A DNA stretch of 40,912 bases, taken from Thermodesulfovibrionales bacterium. Its GTDB lineage: Bacteria; Nitrospirota; Thermodesulfovibrionia; Thermodesulfovibrionales; UBA9159. The notes below the pieces were generated by a model that made no database searches, was not told where the DNA came from, and was given only the letters and a program-made list of their open reading frames with translations. This document shows positions 16,224 to 24,915 of this stretch, in pieces. The DNA is taken from positions 1 through 40,912 of the forward strand of contig DATKOU010000219.1 of NCBI GenBank assembly GCA_035524455.1, read 5' to 3'. Position numbers and translations under genes: made by a program. Positions within the stretch are counted from its first letter, which is position 1. Each line of letters opens with the position of its first letter.

Positions 16224-16717
16224 CACTTCACTCCTTTCAGCCTTTCTGTTGCATCCTCGATTATTCGCTTGTTGTACCTGCCGTAGCCGGAAAGTCTTTC
16301 TAATTTGGCAAGAGCCATGGGAAGCTCCAGCTTCTTGCGAGTGCGGAGATTCAATAGAAAATGAACCGCCGTCGCAAACTGTAGCCCCAGAACTTTGCAC
16401 GCCTTTATGGCAGGCCCGTCGTCGACCGCGAGGGGACAGCCGATGCTTCTTGAAAGCCATAACGCCTGGGCCTCTGCGGTTTCGATCCTGAAGTCTATCT
16501 GAAGCTTTCTGATCACCTCCTGATTTCCGACTTTTTCCACCTTGATCTTTTTCTCCATAATAAGAGCCTTGATTGCTGACGCGTCAGGGCTCTCCTTCAA
16601 AAGGCATTCTTCTTTCACCTTCTGGGGAATAATGATGTGAATATCTTCCGTGACCTCTCTCAAAAGGTCGATTTTCGCCAGAAGAATTAGAGTGGATGAA
16701 TCGAAAACCATCCTCAT
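16223..16717 (-). CDS. PIN-domain toxin (COG2405/DUF3368-like)
   Basis: 164 aa with N-terminal VFDSSTLILLAKIDLL, then ETAEAQALWLS and LAVDDGPAIKACKVLGL. This is the acidic-residue pattern of PIN nucleases of the DUF3368 type. Confidence 0.75.
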   Translation of the reverse strand: MRMVFDSSTLILLAKIDLLREVTEDIHIIIPQKVKEECLLKESPDASAIKALIMEKKIKVEKVGNQEVIRKLQIDFRIETAEAQALWLSRSIGCPLAVDDGPAIKACKVLGLQFATAVHFLLNLRTRKKLELPMALAKLERLSGYGRYNKRIIEDATERLKGVK

Positions 16718-16730
16718 GTTTACAATATAC

Positions 16731-16740
16731 TACATATGTA
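16731..16740. promoter_or_regulatory. Perfect 10-bp palindrome TACATATGTA upstream of the PIN gene (possible TA operator)
   Basis: The palindrome lies 14-23 nt upstream of the ATG at 16717. It sits within the larger imperfect palindrome TTACAATATACTACATATGTAA. Confidence 0.3.
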
Positions 16741-16831
16741 ATCATTTTTCAAGGCTGACCGAGGGGTTGATTGGCTAAGTTGCCGATACTTATGGATAAT
16801 TCAAGACCGGAAAATACCGCACCGATCTTTG

Positions 16832-18022
16832 TCAGATTCTTGATTGTTGGTCAAGCGATACCAGCGCGGTCACAACCCAGCCGAACCTGATCCTTTCCTG
16901 TTCAAGCCTGATAGATGAGCCTATTCGATTATCTCGCAAATCATCATACAGTGCGCGCTCTTCCTGGCTAAGCCGAACAAGATCACGGCTCAAGGGCTGC
17001 GGCTCGATCACCCACAGCAAGTCATGAGCCATCAATGTCTCACGGTCCATTAGGAAGGACTGCGCATGAGGAAAGTATGCCCTCAACTGATCAAGAATTG
17101 CAAAGCCGTGGGTATCGATGTCGCCCCAGTAGTAGATAGCACATTGATGTAACCACTTCGCTTGCGCCAGCATCTCGAATCCGTACCCCGCGCCGAAAAT
17201 GACCATGCTGTCAGACAGATTTGGAAAGGCGAGAAAATTGACTTCGTTTTCGGTGATGAATACCCGGCCGACCCTCGAATCGAGTTGACTGAATGCGTCT
17301 TGAGTGACAGTGATATCCTGGTCGGCACTGCCCGGCAATAGGGCAAGCGCCGGGTCCAGCACGCGGAAACGGATGCGCAAAGGCTTATCCAGGAATCCAT
17401 AACGTCGGCAGAATTGGTTTACTCCACCGGTTTCAGTATCGACAGTTTCAGGCCTCAGAACAAGGTCCAACAACCCACTCAATACAGCGCGATGCGCTTC
17501 GATGAACTTTGTATGCACGCCCTGGATATCGATCTGACGCAAATATAAACCCGGACGCGGATGGGCTCTCATCCAGTCGATGATGTTCAGCAGATGCCGC
17601 CAGTCCTCAGCCAACTCCAGGACCTTAAGCGGACGTCTAGAAAGCCAGGGCAGTATGGCCGGCTGCCGTTCTCTGGTGAGCTCAACAAGTTCTCCGAATC
17701 TCCTGGCATCTCGACCTTTGCCGATTAGAGCAAGGGCATCATCGGGAGTGTCAATCCATATTTCATCAGGAACGGCATTGCTGCCTATGACATGATGCCG
17801 GACTTCGCGCATGACTATGCGGTAATGCCTAACACTTAGCAGTTCGGCAATCCATGTCCGCACATCCTCAAACCGATCAGCCAGTTCAGACGATGTGGGC
17901 TTTTTGAGTGTCAGGCGTCTGGGGAACAGCGTTTCACCGTCCACCATTGAGGCCAGCAGAAACCCTTTGTTCCACAGCCTCTCCACTTGCGCACGCAGAT
18001 CGGCCGGCGTCGTCCAGTTCAT
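16832..18022 (-). CDS. jetD: Wadjet JetD (Toprim-type nuclease subunit, DUF3322/DUF2220-like)
   Basis: 396 aa with C-terminal Toprim-like signatures FITENEVNFLAF and YWGDIDTHGFAIL. Its start overlaps the jetC stop by 4 nt. It is the last gene of a 483/213/1122/396-aa operon. Confidence 0.85.
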   Translation of the reverse strand: MNWTTPADLRAQVERLWNKGFLLASMVDGETLFPRRLTLKKPTSSELADRFEDVRTWIAELLSVRHYRIVMREVRHHVIGSNAVPDEIWIDTPDDALALIGKGRDARRFGELVELTRERQPAILPWLSRRPLKVLELAEDWRHLLNIIDWMRAHPRPGLYLRQIDIQGVHTKFIEAHRAVLSGLLDLVLRPETVDTETGGVNQFCRRYGFLDKPLRIRFRVLDPALALLPGSADQDITVTQDAFSQLDSRVGRVFITENEVNFLAFPNLSDSMVIFGAGYGFEMLAQAKWLHQCAIYYWGDIDTHGFAILDQLRAYFPHAQSFLMDRETLMAHDLLWVIEPQPLSRDLVRLSQEERALYDDLRDNRIGSSIRLEQERIRFGWVVTALVSLDQQSRI

Positions 18023-21000
18023 GCTTGGGCTTTCGCCTTTTCTGCCTGATATTCCTCGATGGAGAGGTTCCGAAGCTTTGAGGAACGACCGTCCTCGCTA
18101 TGCACAAAGCCCACGCTTGCCACGAAGGGCTCAATGATATGAATCTTCTGAAGAGGGGTGACGATAAGGAGCTGAAGGTTCATCTGTTGAAAGAGCTTCA
18201 AACCGTACTGCGCGGACTCGTCTGAGCCACGGGCAAAGGCTTCGTCTATTACAACAAAGCGGAAGGACCGCGAGCGCACAGCGCCCCATTCAAGCCCGAA
18301 TTGATACGCCAGGCTCGCCGCAAGTATCGTATATGCCAGCTTTTCCTTTTGTCCTCCCGATTTGCCGCCGGAGTCAGAGTAATGCTCGTGCTCTTTTCCG
18401 TCTTCCCGCCACCGCTCGGAGGCGGCAAAACTAAACCAGTTACGCACATCTGTGACTTTTGCTGTCCAGCGCCGGTCTGCCTCAGATTGCCCTTCACGTC
18501 CTCGGAAGCGTTCGATGATCCTCTTGACCTGTAAGAACTTGGCTTCCGAATATTGTTCATCCTCTGAACCGGTCAGACTGCCTTCGGTACATGCCCTGAG
18601 CTCGCCCTGGAAGTCCCGGATATCGGCGTCTTGCGTGGTTTGCGCCTCCAGTACGATGTAACGGCCGGGATTATAGTCTATCTGGGTCAGTGATTCATTG
18701 ATATGAGTGATCCGCTCTTTAATGGTTTCGCGCTCACGGTTAAGCTGCGACTGGAAGTTTGCCACCTCCCGGATGGTATTCTCATTGAGAAGCTCTTTGA
18801 AACGCGCCTCAAAACGAGGCAGATCATCAGCGTTTAACTTCTCCAGCATCAATCGATATTCCCCTACCGCCTCGACGCTGACATCCACCTCCTGTGTTTC
18901 GAGCGGAAAGGACGCACAGTATGACCGCATGGCATCTATGATCTTGTCGCGCAGACGCGTCAGATTTTTCGCCTCATTGTCGATGCGGCTCTGCAACCAG
19001 GTCCGCATCTCCTGTTCCCTGTTGTCACATGATTCCACACTTAAGTAGTGTTCGCCAAGTGCCTCAGGCCTCATGGCCTCCAAAGATTCGAATCTAGCCG
19101 AATTATGTGCGTTTAAAGGGTCGTCGAGCAGCGCTTGCGCCTGAGCATACAATGTCTCGGCGTCAGTCTTTTTCTGTTCTGTCCTGGACCTCTTGTCCCT
19201 GCCCTCTATGAGCAACCGCTCGGTCTCCTGGATTTCAAGCGTAAGCGCATCCAACCTGCCGGTCAGCTCCTTGAGCAGATCGGAGGCGGTTTCTAGTTGT
19301 CTCTTTTGTTGCTGGAGCCCTGAAACCTCTGCAGCAAGGGGTTGCCAGTCAAGTTCCTGAAAGTCCTGATATTCGTTAAGTTTATTAAGGGTCTCTATCC
19401 TGGACCTAAGCTCTCTCTGCTCTTTTTGCAACGAGCTTATGTGACTGCCCATCCCTGTTAATCGGGTTTCGAGCTGCTGCTTTTTTGTCTCCAGTGCAGC
19501 TATCTTGGCCTTGTTGGTCCATCCAAGAACATAACGGCTTCGGTCATCGAGCCGATGGCGGTCATCCTTTTCGTGCCTCTCACCCTGGACCTTGATCTGC
19601 CCTGCAAGCGTAACAGCGCGGGTCTCGCGGCGAAACTGATCTTGTGTTTCACAGCAGGCAACATCAAATCGATGTGCGATCTCCCTTTCCAGCCAGTCAT
19701 AATATTGAGAATCAGGCTTTATCGCGAGCTTGTGCACCAGGGAATGCTGGTGCAGTGCAGAGACATCGCTCCGACCGGCCTTGCGCACGCGGAAATAGAC
19801 CAGCCTGCCCTTTAGATGGGTGCGGTCCACCCAGGCGGCCACCTGCGCATAATGCTTGTCAGGCACCAGAAGTGAAAGGCCGAAGTTACGAAGCAGCCGT
19901 TCCGCAGCGCCCTCCCACTTTTGCTCTTCCTCGCGCACCTGAATCAGCTCGCCTGCAAACGGCATGTCCGACTCGGTCAGCTTCAGAGCCGAAGCGATGG
20001 CTGTACGCATTGCTATTTGTTCTACCGGAATGTTGCTTCGCCTGGACTTAAGGCTATTGATCTCGGCCGAAAGCGCGTCGTGTTCCTGACGCCATTGTGC
20101 AAATGTTACCCCTGCCTCGTTCAATTCGTTTTGAAGCGCCGCCTCCCGGCCTGAGGCCTTATCAGCCAGCTCGCCGAAGGTCTTTCGTTGATCCAGGAAA
20201 GCTTCGGCGCTGTCGGCTGCTGCGATGTTCAAAGAACCCGTAAGCTCGGCGTAACGCGCCGCCTTGCTTCGGCGTTTGACGCACTCATCTTCCTTTTGCC
20301 TGATTTCTGCTGCAAGCCGCTCTATCCGATCTCCACCGTTTTCGGCTATGCTTCGTCTAAGCTCCCGTTCCTCGGCCAATTGCCTGTTCTTGCGCTCTTC
20401 CATGCGCTGTACACTTGCATTCTGCCGCGACCATTCTTCAGCAAGGGATGCGATGCGCTTGTCGAGTAGTCCGAGTTTAAGTTTAGCGAAGTAGCTCTTG
20501 AGAGCTTCACGGCAGGCCCGTAGTTCCTCACTGCGCACGGTAACCTCCGCATGCCTGTCGCAGTCTGCTAACAGTGGTGTGAGCAATGCAACCTGCTGTT
20601 TAGCCTTCAAAACCGCCTCATGCGCACGGTTAAGGTCATCGAAATGCGTAATTAGCGCTTTTATCCGGGGATCTACGTCAAAGGGCTCCAGCATATGGCT
20701 GCGCACAAAATCGGTAAGATTGCCGACAGATTTCATAGACACCGTCTGATGAAAGAGTTCCAGCGCCTGTTCGTTGTCAATGCCGAACCTGCGGCGAAAC
20801 CATGCGCCGTAGGGCGGAAAGCTGTCAAACACTTCAGCGCCTGCACCACGCAAGCGCTTTCTCAGCGCCCCGATCTCCGAACCGAACTGAGAGAAGTCCG
20901 TCTCAATCGATAAGGCACGTGTCGCCCCAACAAAAAAACGCGCGGGCTGTCCTTGCGGGTCTTTCATCCAAAACACCTGCGCCAACGTTAGCGTCTGGTT

Positions 21001-21387
21001 AAAGCCGGTATTATAGAAAACGCCCAGCACCACAGAATAACTATTGTGATTACGCAATGCAACCGGCCTGGCCGTGCCGCTTAGCTCACTGCGCTCCGAC
21101 TTATAATGCCCCAATACATAGGAACGAAGAGTGCGTTCCCTGGTTTCGGACCCGGCCGCTTTGTTGTAAGCGATGCGCTGCGCCGGCACCAACAAGGTTG
21201 TTACCGCATCCACAAGTGTCGTTTTCCCCGAACCAATGTCCCCGGTAAGCAAGGCGTTTCTGCCGTTAAGGTGCAATGTCCATATTCGGCCATCGAACGT
21301 GCCCCAGTTGAAAACCTCCAGACGATGCAGTCGAAAGCCCGATAGTGAATCATCTGCCATGAATTCCAAGTCCGGAGACTCATTCAT
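18019..21387 (-). CDS. jetC: Wadjet JetC (SMC/MukB-like ABC ATPase)
   Basis: ORF track 18019..21477. The preferred ATG at 21387 (MNESPDLEF) overlaps the jetB stop. It has Walker A GDIGSGKTTLVDA, a long coiled-coil middle, signature SGGQKEKLAY and Walker B FRFVVIDEAF. Confidence 0.9.
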   Translation of the reverse strand: MNESPDLEFMADDSLSGFRLHRLEVFNWGTFDGRIWTLHLNGRNALLTGDIGSGKTTLVDAVTTLLVPAQRIAYNKAAGSETRERTLRSYVLGHYKSERSELSGTARPVALRNHNSYSVVLGVFYNTGFNQTLTLAQVFWMKDPQGQPARFFVGATRALSIETDFSQFGSEIGALRKRLRGAGAEVFDSFPPYGAWFRRRFGIDNEQALELFHQTVSMKSVGNLTDFVRSHMLEPFDVDPRIKALITHFDDLNRAHEAVLKAKQQVALLTPLLADCDRHAEVTVRSEELRACREALKSYFAKLKLGLLDKRIASLAEEWSRQNASVQRMEERKNRQLAEERELRRSIAENGGDRIERLAAEIRQKEDECVKRRSKAARYAELTGSLNIAAADSAEAFLDQRKTFGELADKASGREAALQNELNEAGVTFAQWRQEHDALSAEINSLKSRRSNIPVEQIAMRTAIASALKLTESDMPFAGELIQVREEEQKWEGAAERLLRNFGLSLLVPDKHYAQVAAWVDRTHLKGRLVYFRVRKAGRSDVSALHQHSLVHKLAIKPDSQYYDWLEREIAHRFDVACCETQDQFRRETRAVTLAGQIKVQGERHEKDDRHRLDDRSRYVLGWTNKAKIAALETKKQQLETRLTGMGSHISSLQKEQRELRSRIETLNKLNEYQDFQELDWQPLAAEVSGLQQQKRQLETASDLLKELTGRLDALTLEIQETERLLIEGRDKRSRTEQKKTDAETLYAQAQALLDDPLNAHNSARFESLEAMRPEALGEHYLSVESCDNREQEMRTWLQSRIDNEAKNLTRLRDKIIDAMRSYCASFPLETQEVDVSVEAVGEYRLMLEKLNADDLPRFEARFKELLNENTIREVANFQSQLNRERETIKERITHINESLTQIDYNPGRYIVLEAQTTQDADIRDFQGELRACTEGSLTGSEDEQYSEAKFLQVKRIIERFRGREGQSEADRRWTAKVTDVRNWFSFAASERWREDGKEHEHYSDSGGKSGGQKEKLAYTILAASLAYQFGLEWGAVRSRSFRFVVIDEAFARGSDESAQYGLKLFQQMNLQLLIVTPLQKIHIIEPFVASVGFVHSEDGRSSKLRNLSIEEYQAEKAKAQA

Positions 21388-22021
21388 CCTGCCGGCTTCC
21401 CTTCCTGCCTTCCTGTAAAAGTGTCCGGTAATCCGCCAGCCGTTCATCGAATTCTGCCAGCCACTGCGCATCAACAAACGCCTTGAGAATGCGCCTCACT
21501 TCAAACATTTCCTTCTGTCCGCTTTGGGGCTTCAGTCGGCGCATAAAGCCAAGATCCACTATCTTGTTTATGTGGCCGTCTATCTGATCCATCAGCTTGG
21601 CCTCGTTGCTGCTCTCAGGCAGGAACACTCTTATAAGTTCGGCAATGTCTTCGCCGGAGAGGACGAGGCGCGTATCGCCGCCTGAGGCATCGAACTCAGC
21701 CAATTTCTTGCGCAACAGGGAAAGCAAAAGGCTCACCGGAAAAGAAAGGGACCTTCTTGCGACCAGACGCGGCAGTTTTGTTTCCGTTTCATCTCCGTTG
21801 CCGGAATGTGAGCGTAAAAATGCATAGCCTTCAGCCTCATCCAGCACCAGATCCAGTCCTATGACAGACACATAGTCACGAACACGGGCCTGTAAGCCGA
21901 GCAAAGAGTTCCACAGGTCGGGACTGCTTTCCTGATAAAGAACCCCTTTTAGAAGCGGCACAACCACTGAAGACAAATCGTAGTCTTTTGAAGGCTGCAT
22001 ACCAAAGTCTTGCTCCGCCAT
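21380..22021 (-). CDS. jetB: Wadjet JetB (MksE/DUF4194-like small subunit)
   Basis: 213-aa acidic protein lying between the JetA-like and JetC genes. The gap to jetA is 2 nt and the overlap with jetC is 8 nt. The call rests on size and position. Confidence 0.75.
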   Translation of the reverse strand: MAEQDFGMQPSKDYDLSSVVVPLLKGVLYQESSPDLWNSLLGLQARVRDYVSVIGLDLVLDEAEGYAFLRSHSGNGDETETKLPRLVARRSLSFPVSLLLSLLRKKLAEFDASGGDTRLVLSGEDIAELIRVFLPESSNEAKLMDQIDGHINKIVDLGFMRRLKPQSGQKEMFEVRRILKAFVDAQWLAEFDERLADYRTLLQEGRKGSRQDE

Positions 22022-22023
22022 CT

Positions 22024-23475
22024 TTACCTCACAAATATAACACGCGGCAGGCGGGCCTGTCTTATGCGTCCGCCATCCTGGTCAGAGGGTTTCCACAGGA
22101 TGACATCGGTGATCTCTTCGTCAACTATCACTTTGAAAGCATCTCCTGCCAACTGAAGATAGGCGATCAATTCCGCAAGCCCATGTTGCAAGGGTCGGGC
22201 CTCTACGAGCTCCCGCAGAGTAACTCTTAACCGCTCTTGCAGTGCATTGCGGATATGCCTTAAAAGGTCAGCCTTATCGATAACCACCTGCGAAAAGAGC
22301 GCGGCTGCATCCAAATCCTCATCGCCCGGTTGAAGGGCCACGTCCGTGATCAAAGGTTTGACCGGAGGAGTGTAGAGCGGCCGCTCCATGGGCAATTCGA
22401 TATCGGCCCCTGCGTCGTCTATCTGCATGAATTCTCCGGCAGGCGGTGAGTCTCTAAGGTCAAGCGCTTTTGCCTCGATGCTGTGTAATATGTCCATGAT
22501 GCGGCGATTTTCAAGCCATGCCTGGTCATCAAGAAAGCGGCGCAGCTGTTGGGAAAGCAGAGCCACTGTGCGCTGTGTATGCTCGCCCGCCTCAAGCCAG
22601 TCATAGTGTATGCGCCGGATGCGGGCGTCCGGCTTGAGTTCGGAAACTGCCGGTAAAGCAAGCACCCGCTCAAGAAGCTGCGTAAGTTCCTCCTGACGGC
22701 TTCCGGACATAAGGAAGTCCCAGAAGGCGCGGAAGCTCCTACCCTGGTCTGAATCGGCAATCGCATCGCGCTCGCCCATAATCTCCTCAAGCAGCACTCC
22801 CTTTCCGCCCTCCCAAAGGGCGATGCGCTCGCGCACATGACGGTCAAGGCCTCGAAAGTTATGCTCCACTTCCCTGAAATCTGAAAGCAGTTCACGGGCC
22901 ATGGCGATAAACTGCTGGAAGCGGTCCTTCAAGGCAGTATCGGAGAGCATCTGAATGTCACCGGCCTGAATACGGGCTATCTCGGCATCTATTTCTTCGT
23001 GACGCTTGCGTAAATCTGAAATGCGCGCCTGCGGATCGGTCTCGCTGCCCTCGCTCAGCTGCTTAAGAAGCGTAAACAGCGTTAGGAGCCGCGATTCCGT
23101 GCCGACAAAGGCCCTTTCAGTCAGCGTGCCGATCCAGGTGATCGCCTTCTCTGCTGCGGAAGTCAGATCGAAATGAGGTTCATCCGAGCCATGTGGGTAA
23201 AACTTGCGGAGCCAGCCCTTTTCGTTGGTCGCCCAGTCGTTAAGATAGTCAATCGCCGGCTTGGGGAAGACATCCGAACCAAGGCTCTCGCGCAGGCCGA
23301 ACAACTCGTCCTCCAGTGCTTCAGAAAGACTGGCCTGTGTCATGACGCGCACGTTTGGAGCTATAAAAACCCGGTGCAGAAAACTCGCGATGAGCGGCGC
23401 ATGATCAGAGCGCAGCATCCGCCATGCCGGGTGTTTCTGGCGCAGCATGTCAAGGGTGGAATAGTCCATACTCAT
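22024..23475 (-). CDS. jetA: Wadjet JetA (MksF-like kleisin, DUF3375-like)
   Basis: 483 aa and first gene of the operon. The N-terminus LDMLRQKHPAWRMLRSDHAPLIASFLHRVF resembles the family N-terminus as I remember it. Confidence 0.75.
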   Translation of the reverse strand: MSMDYSTLDMLRQKHPAWRMLRSDHAPLIASFLHRVFIAPNVRVMTQASLSEALEDELFGLRESLGSDVFPKPAIDYLNDWATNEKGWLRKFYPHGSDEPHFDLTSAAEKAITWIGTLTERAFVGTESRLLTLFTLLKQLSEGSETDPQARISDLRKRHEEIDAEIARIQAGDIQMLSDTALKDRFQQFIAMARELLSDFREVEHNFRGLDRHVRERIALWEGGKGVLLEEIMGERDAIADSDQGRSFRAFWDFLMSGSRQEELTQLLERVLALPAVSELKPDARIRRIHYDWLEAGEHTQRTVALLSQQLRRFLDDQAWLENRRIMDILHSIEAKALDLRDSPPAGEFMQIDDAGADIELPMERPLYTPPVKPLITDVALQPGDEDLDAAALFSQVVIDKADLLRHIRNALQERLRVTLRELVEARPLQHGLAELIAYLQLAGDAFKVIVDEEITDVILWKPSDQDGGRIRQARLPRVIFVR

Positions 23476-23775
23476 TCAGGAACGCTCATATTTCGCAATA
23501 CAAGTTACCATGCTTAGCAGACGGCAACGTCGTGCAGTCCATTCTCTATGCTTAACTTTTTGTTTTAGCCCTGCAAGAGCTATTATAACCCATATTCTGT
23601 AAGTGGGCTGTATATGTGCAAAACTTGACTTTTCACTTTTATTTTCAAGGAATTTTGCCATTTTATTCTTTGCAATATTTTCCGTAGTTCACCGTATTTT
23701 AGGATATTTTCGATTACAGTCAACGAAAGGAAAGAAAAGCCAACTCCTACAACCAATTGATATTATTATATAATT

Positions 23776-23851
23776 TGGCGGTCCCAACGGGATTCGAACC
23801 CGTGTTTTAGCCTTGAGAGGGCCACGTCCTAGGCCTCTAGACGATGGGACC
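23776..23851 (-). tRNA. tRNA-Glu (anticodon CUC), CCA encoded
   Basis: The reverse complement is GGTCCCATCGTCTAGAGGCCTAGGACGTGGCCCTCTCAAGGCTAAAACACGGGTTCGAATCCCGTTGGGACCGCCA. It folds by hand into a cloverleaf: acceptor GGTCCCA/TGGGACC, anticodon stem TGGCC/GGCTA, loop CT-CTC-AA, and T-arm ACGGG/CCCGT. Confidence 0.9.
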
Positions 23852-23986
23852 TATAAAGACAGTGAATAGTCAAAGGTGATCAGTAAACAGCATAAACAGA
23901 AAAAACGACTATTCCTGACTATTCCCTTGCCAACTACTATTCACTAATTACTATCCACTTTCAATGTTGCTAAGCAAAATTGAAAG

Positions 23987-24060
23987 TGGCTGGGGAGAGA
24001 GGATTCGAACCCCTATAAGCAGATCCAGAGTCTGCCGTCCTGCCATTGGACGACTCCCCA
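23987..24060 (-). tRNA. tRNA-Gln (anticodon CUG), CCA encoded
   Basis: The reverse complement is TGGGGAGTCGTCCAATGGCAGGACGGCAGACTCTGGATCTGCTTATAGGGGTTCGAATCCTCTCTCCCCAGCCA. It has acceptor TGGGGAG/CTCCCCA, D-stem GTCC/GGAC, anticodon stem GCAGA/TCTGC and loop CT-CTG-GA. Confidence 0.9.
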
Positions 24061-24194
24061 AAAACGATTCATCAACTGGTGGTGAGACCCAACCCTAGCA
24101 TTCTTAACGACCTTAGTTTATACCATAAAAAATAATACTCTGTAAACACTGGGTGGTCCTGGGAATGAGGTTTTCTTCTAGGTGCTCACTGCAA

Positions 24195-24773
24195 TTACAA
24201 TGCGACGAGGGCCTTCCCCGCTTCATAGGCATCCCTGAGTGCCGTAGGATGCTCAAGGATTGCCCCCTTCGCATCCACCCCAAGAAATGACAGTGTTCTG
24301 TGTTCGGGAACACTCACTGTCCTGAAAAACGCCTTTGCAGTCGCCTCCCCGCACTGTATCCCTATTTCTTTCTTCATGCCGCCCACCAGGAGGAGGAGCC
24401 CTTTTCTGCCAAAGGGGCCTTCGGGTATCGTCTTCCTGAGAAGATATTTCTCACACCAGAAGGACTGACAGCGGTCTATCATTGCCTTTGACTGCGCGCT
24501 CAGCCCAAAGAAGAAGATGGGAGATGCAAGGATTATCCTGTCGGCCTCCCTGATGGCATCGTAGATCTCATCCATATCATCGTTAATAATGCATGTTCCG
24601 TTCTTTTCACACCCCCCGCAATCCTGGCATGGCTTGATATTCATAAAATTGAGCTTAAAGACTTTTATGTCATGCCCCTCTTCCCTTATGCCCCTTATCG
24701 CCTCATTGAGAAGAATCTCTGTATTTCCCTCTATCCTCGGGCTTCCATGAAACACAGCCACCTTCATTAACAT
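24195..24773 (-). CDS. Iron-sulfur flavoprotein (Isf-like, NADPH-dependent FMN reductase fold)
   Basis: ORF track 24195..24881. The preferred ATG at 24773 or 24767 (MLMKVAVFHGSPR) follows GGGAG. It has the compact Cys cluster CQDCGGCEKNGTC and the flavodoxin-like stretch ADRIILASPIFFFGLSAQSKAMIDR. Confidence 0.8.
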   Translation of the reverse strand: MLMKVAVFHGSPRIEGNTEILLNEAIRGIREEGHDIKVFKLNFMNIKPCQDCGGCEKNGTCIINDDMDEIYDAIREADRIILASPIFFFGLSAQSKAMIDRCQSFWCEKYLLRKTIPEGPFGRKGLLLLVGGMKKEIGIQCGEATAKAFFRTVSVPEHRTLSFLGVDAKGAILEHPTALRDAYEAGKALVAL

Positions 24774-24915
24774 TCCACTCCCTTTGTTCTGCCTTTTAAC
24801 CCAATACCGATTTTCAAAGTTGCCCGCGTATGCTTTTATGAGACTGAATGCGTGACTACAATGAGGAACGCTTCTTGCCACTCTCGGGAAAAGAAGCTCA
24901 GGGATGTATCATCCC

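Larger units (their letters stand above)
15380..23819 (-). mobile_element. tRNA-Glu-associated genomic island (~8.4 kb) carrying a TA pair and Wadjet; no integrase inside
   Basis: It is bounded by the perfect 44-45-bp direct repeat, with an intact tRNA at one end and a 3' fragment at the other. Hand counts on a few 60-nt lines give ~57% GC in the jet genes against ~45% in the backbone. The cargo is defence and addiction genes. Confidence 0.65.

Noticed and set aside
23476-23661. 61-aa minus-strand ORF immediately upstream of jetA
   Set aside because: It lies in the AT-rich probable promoter/leader region of the jet operon. It has no RBS or motifs.
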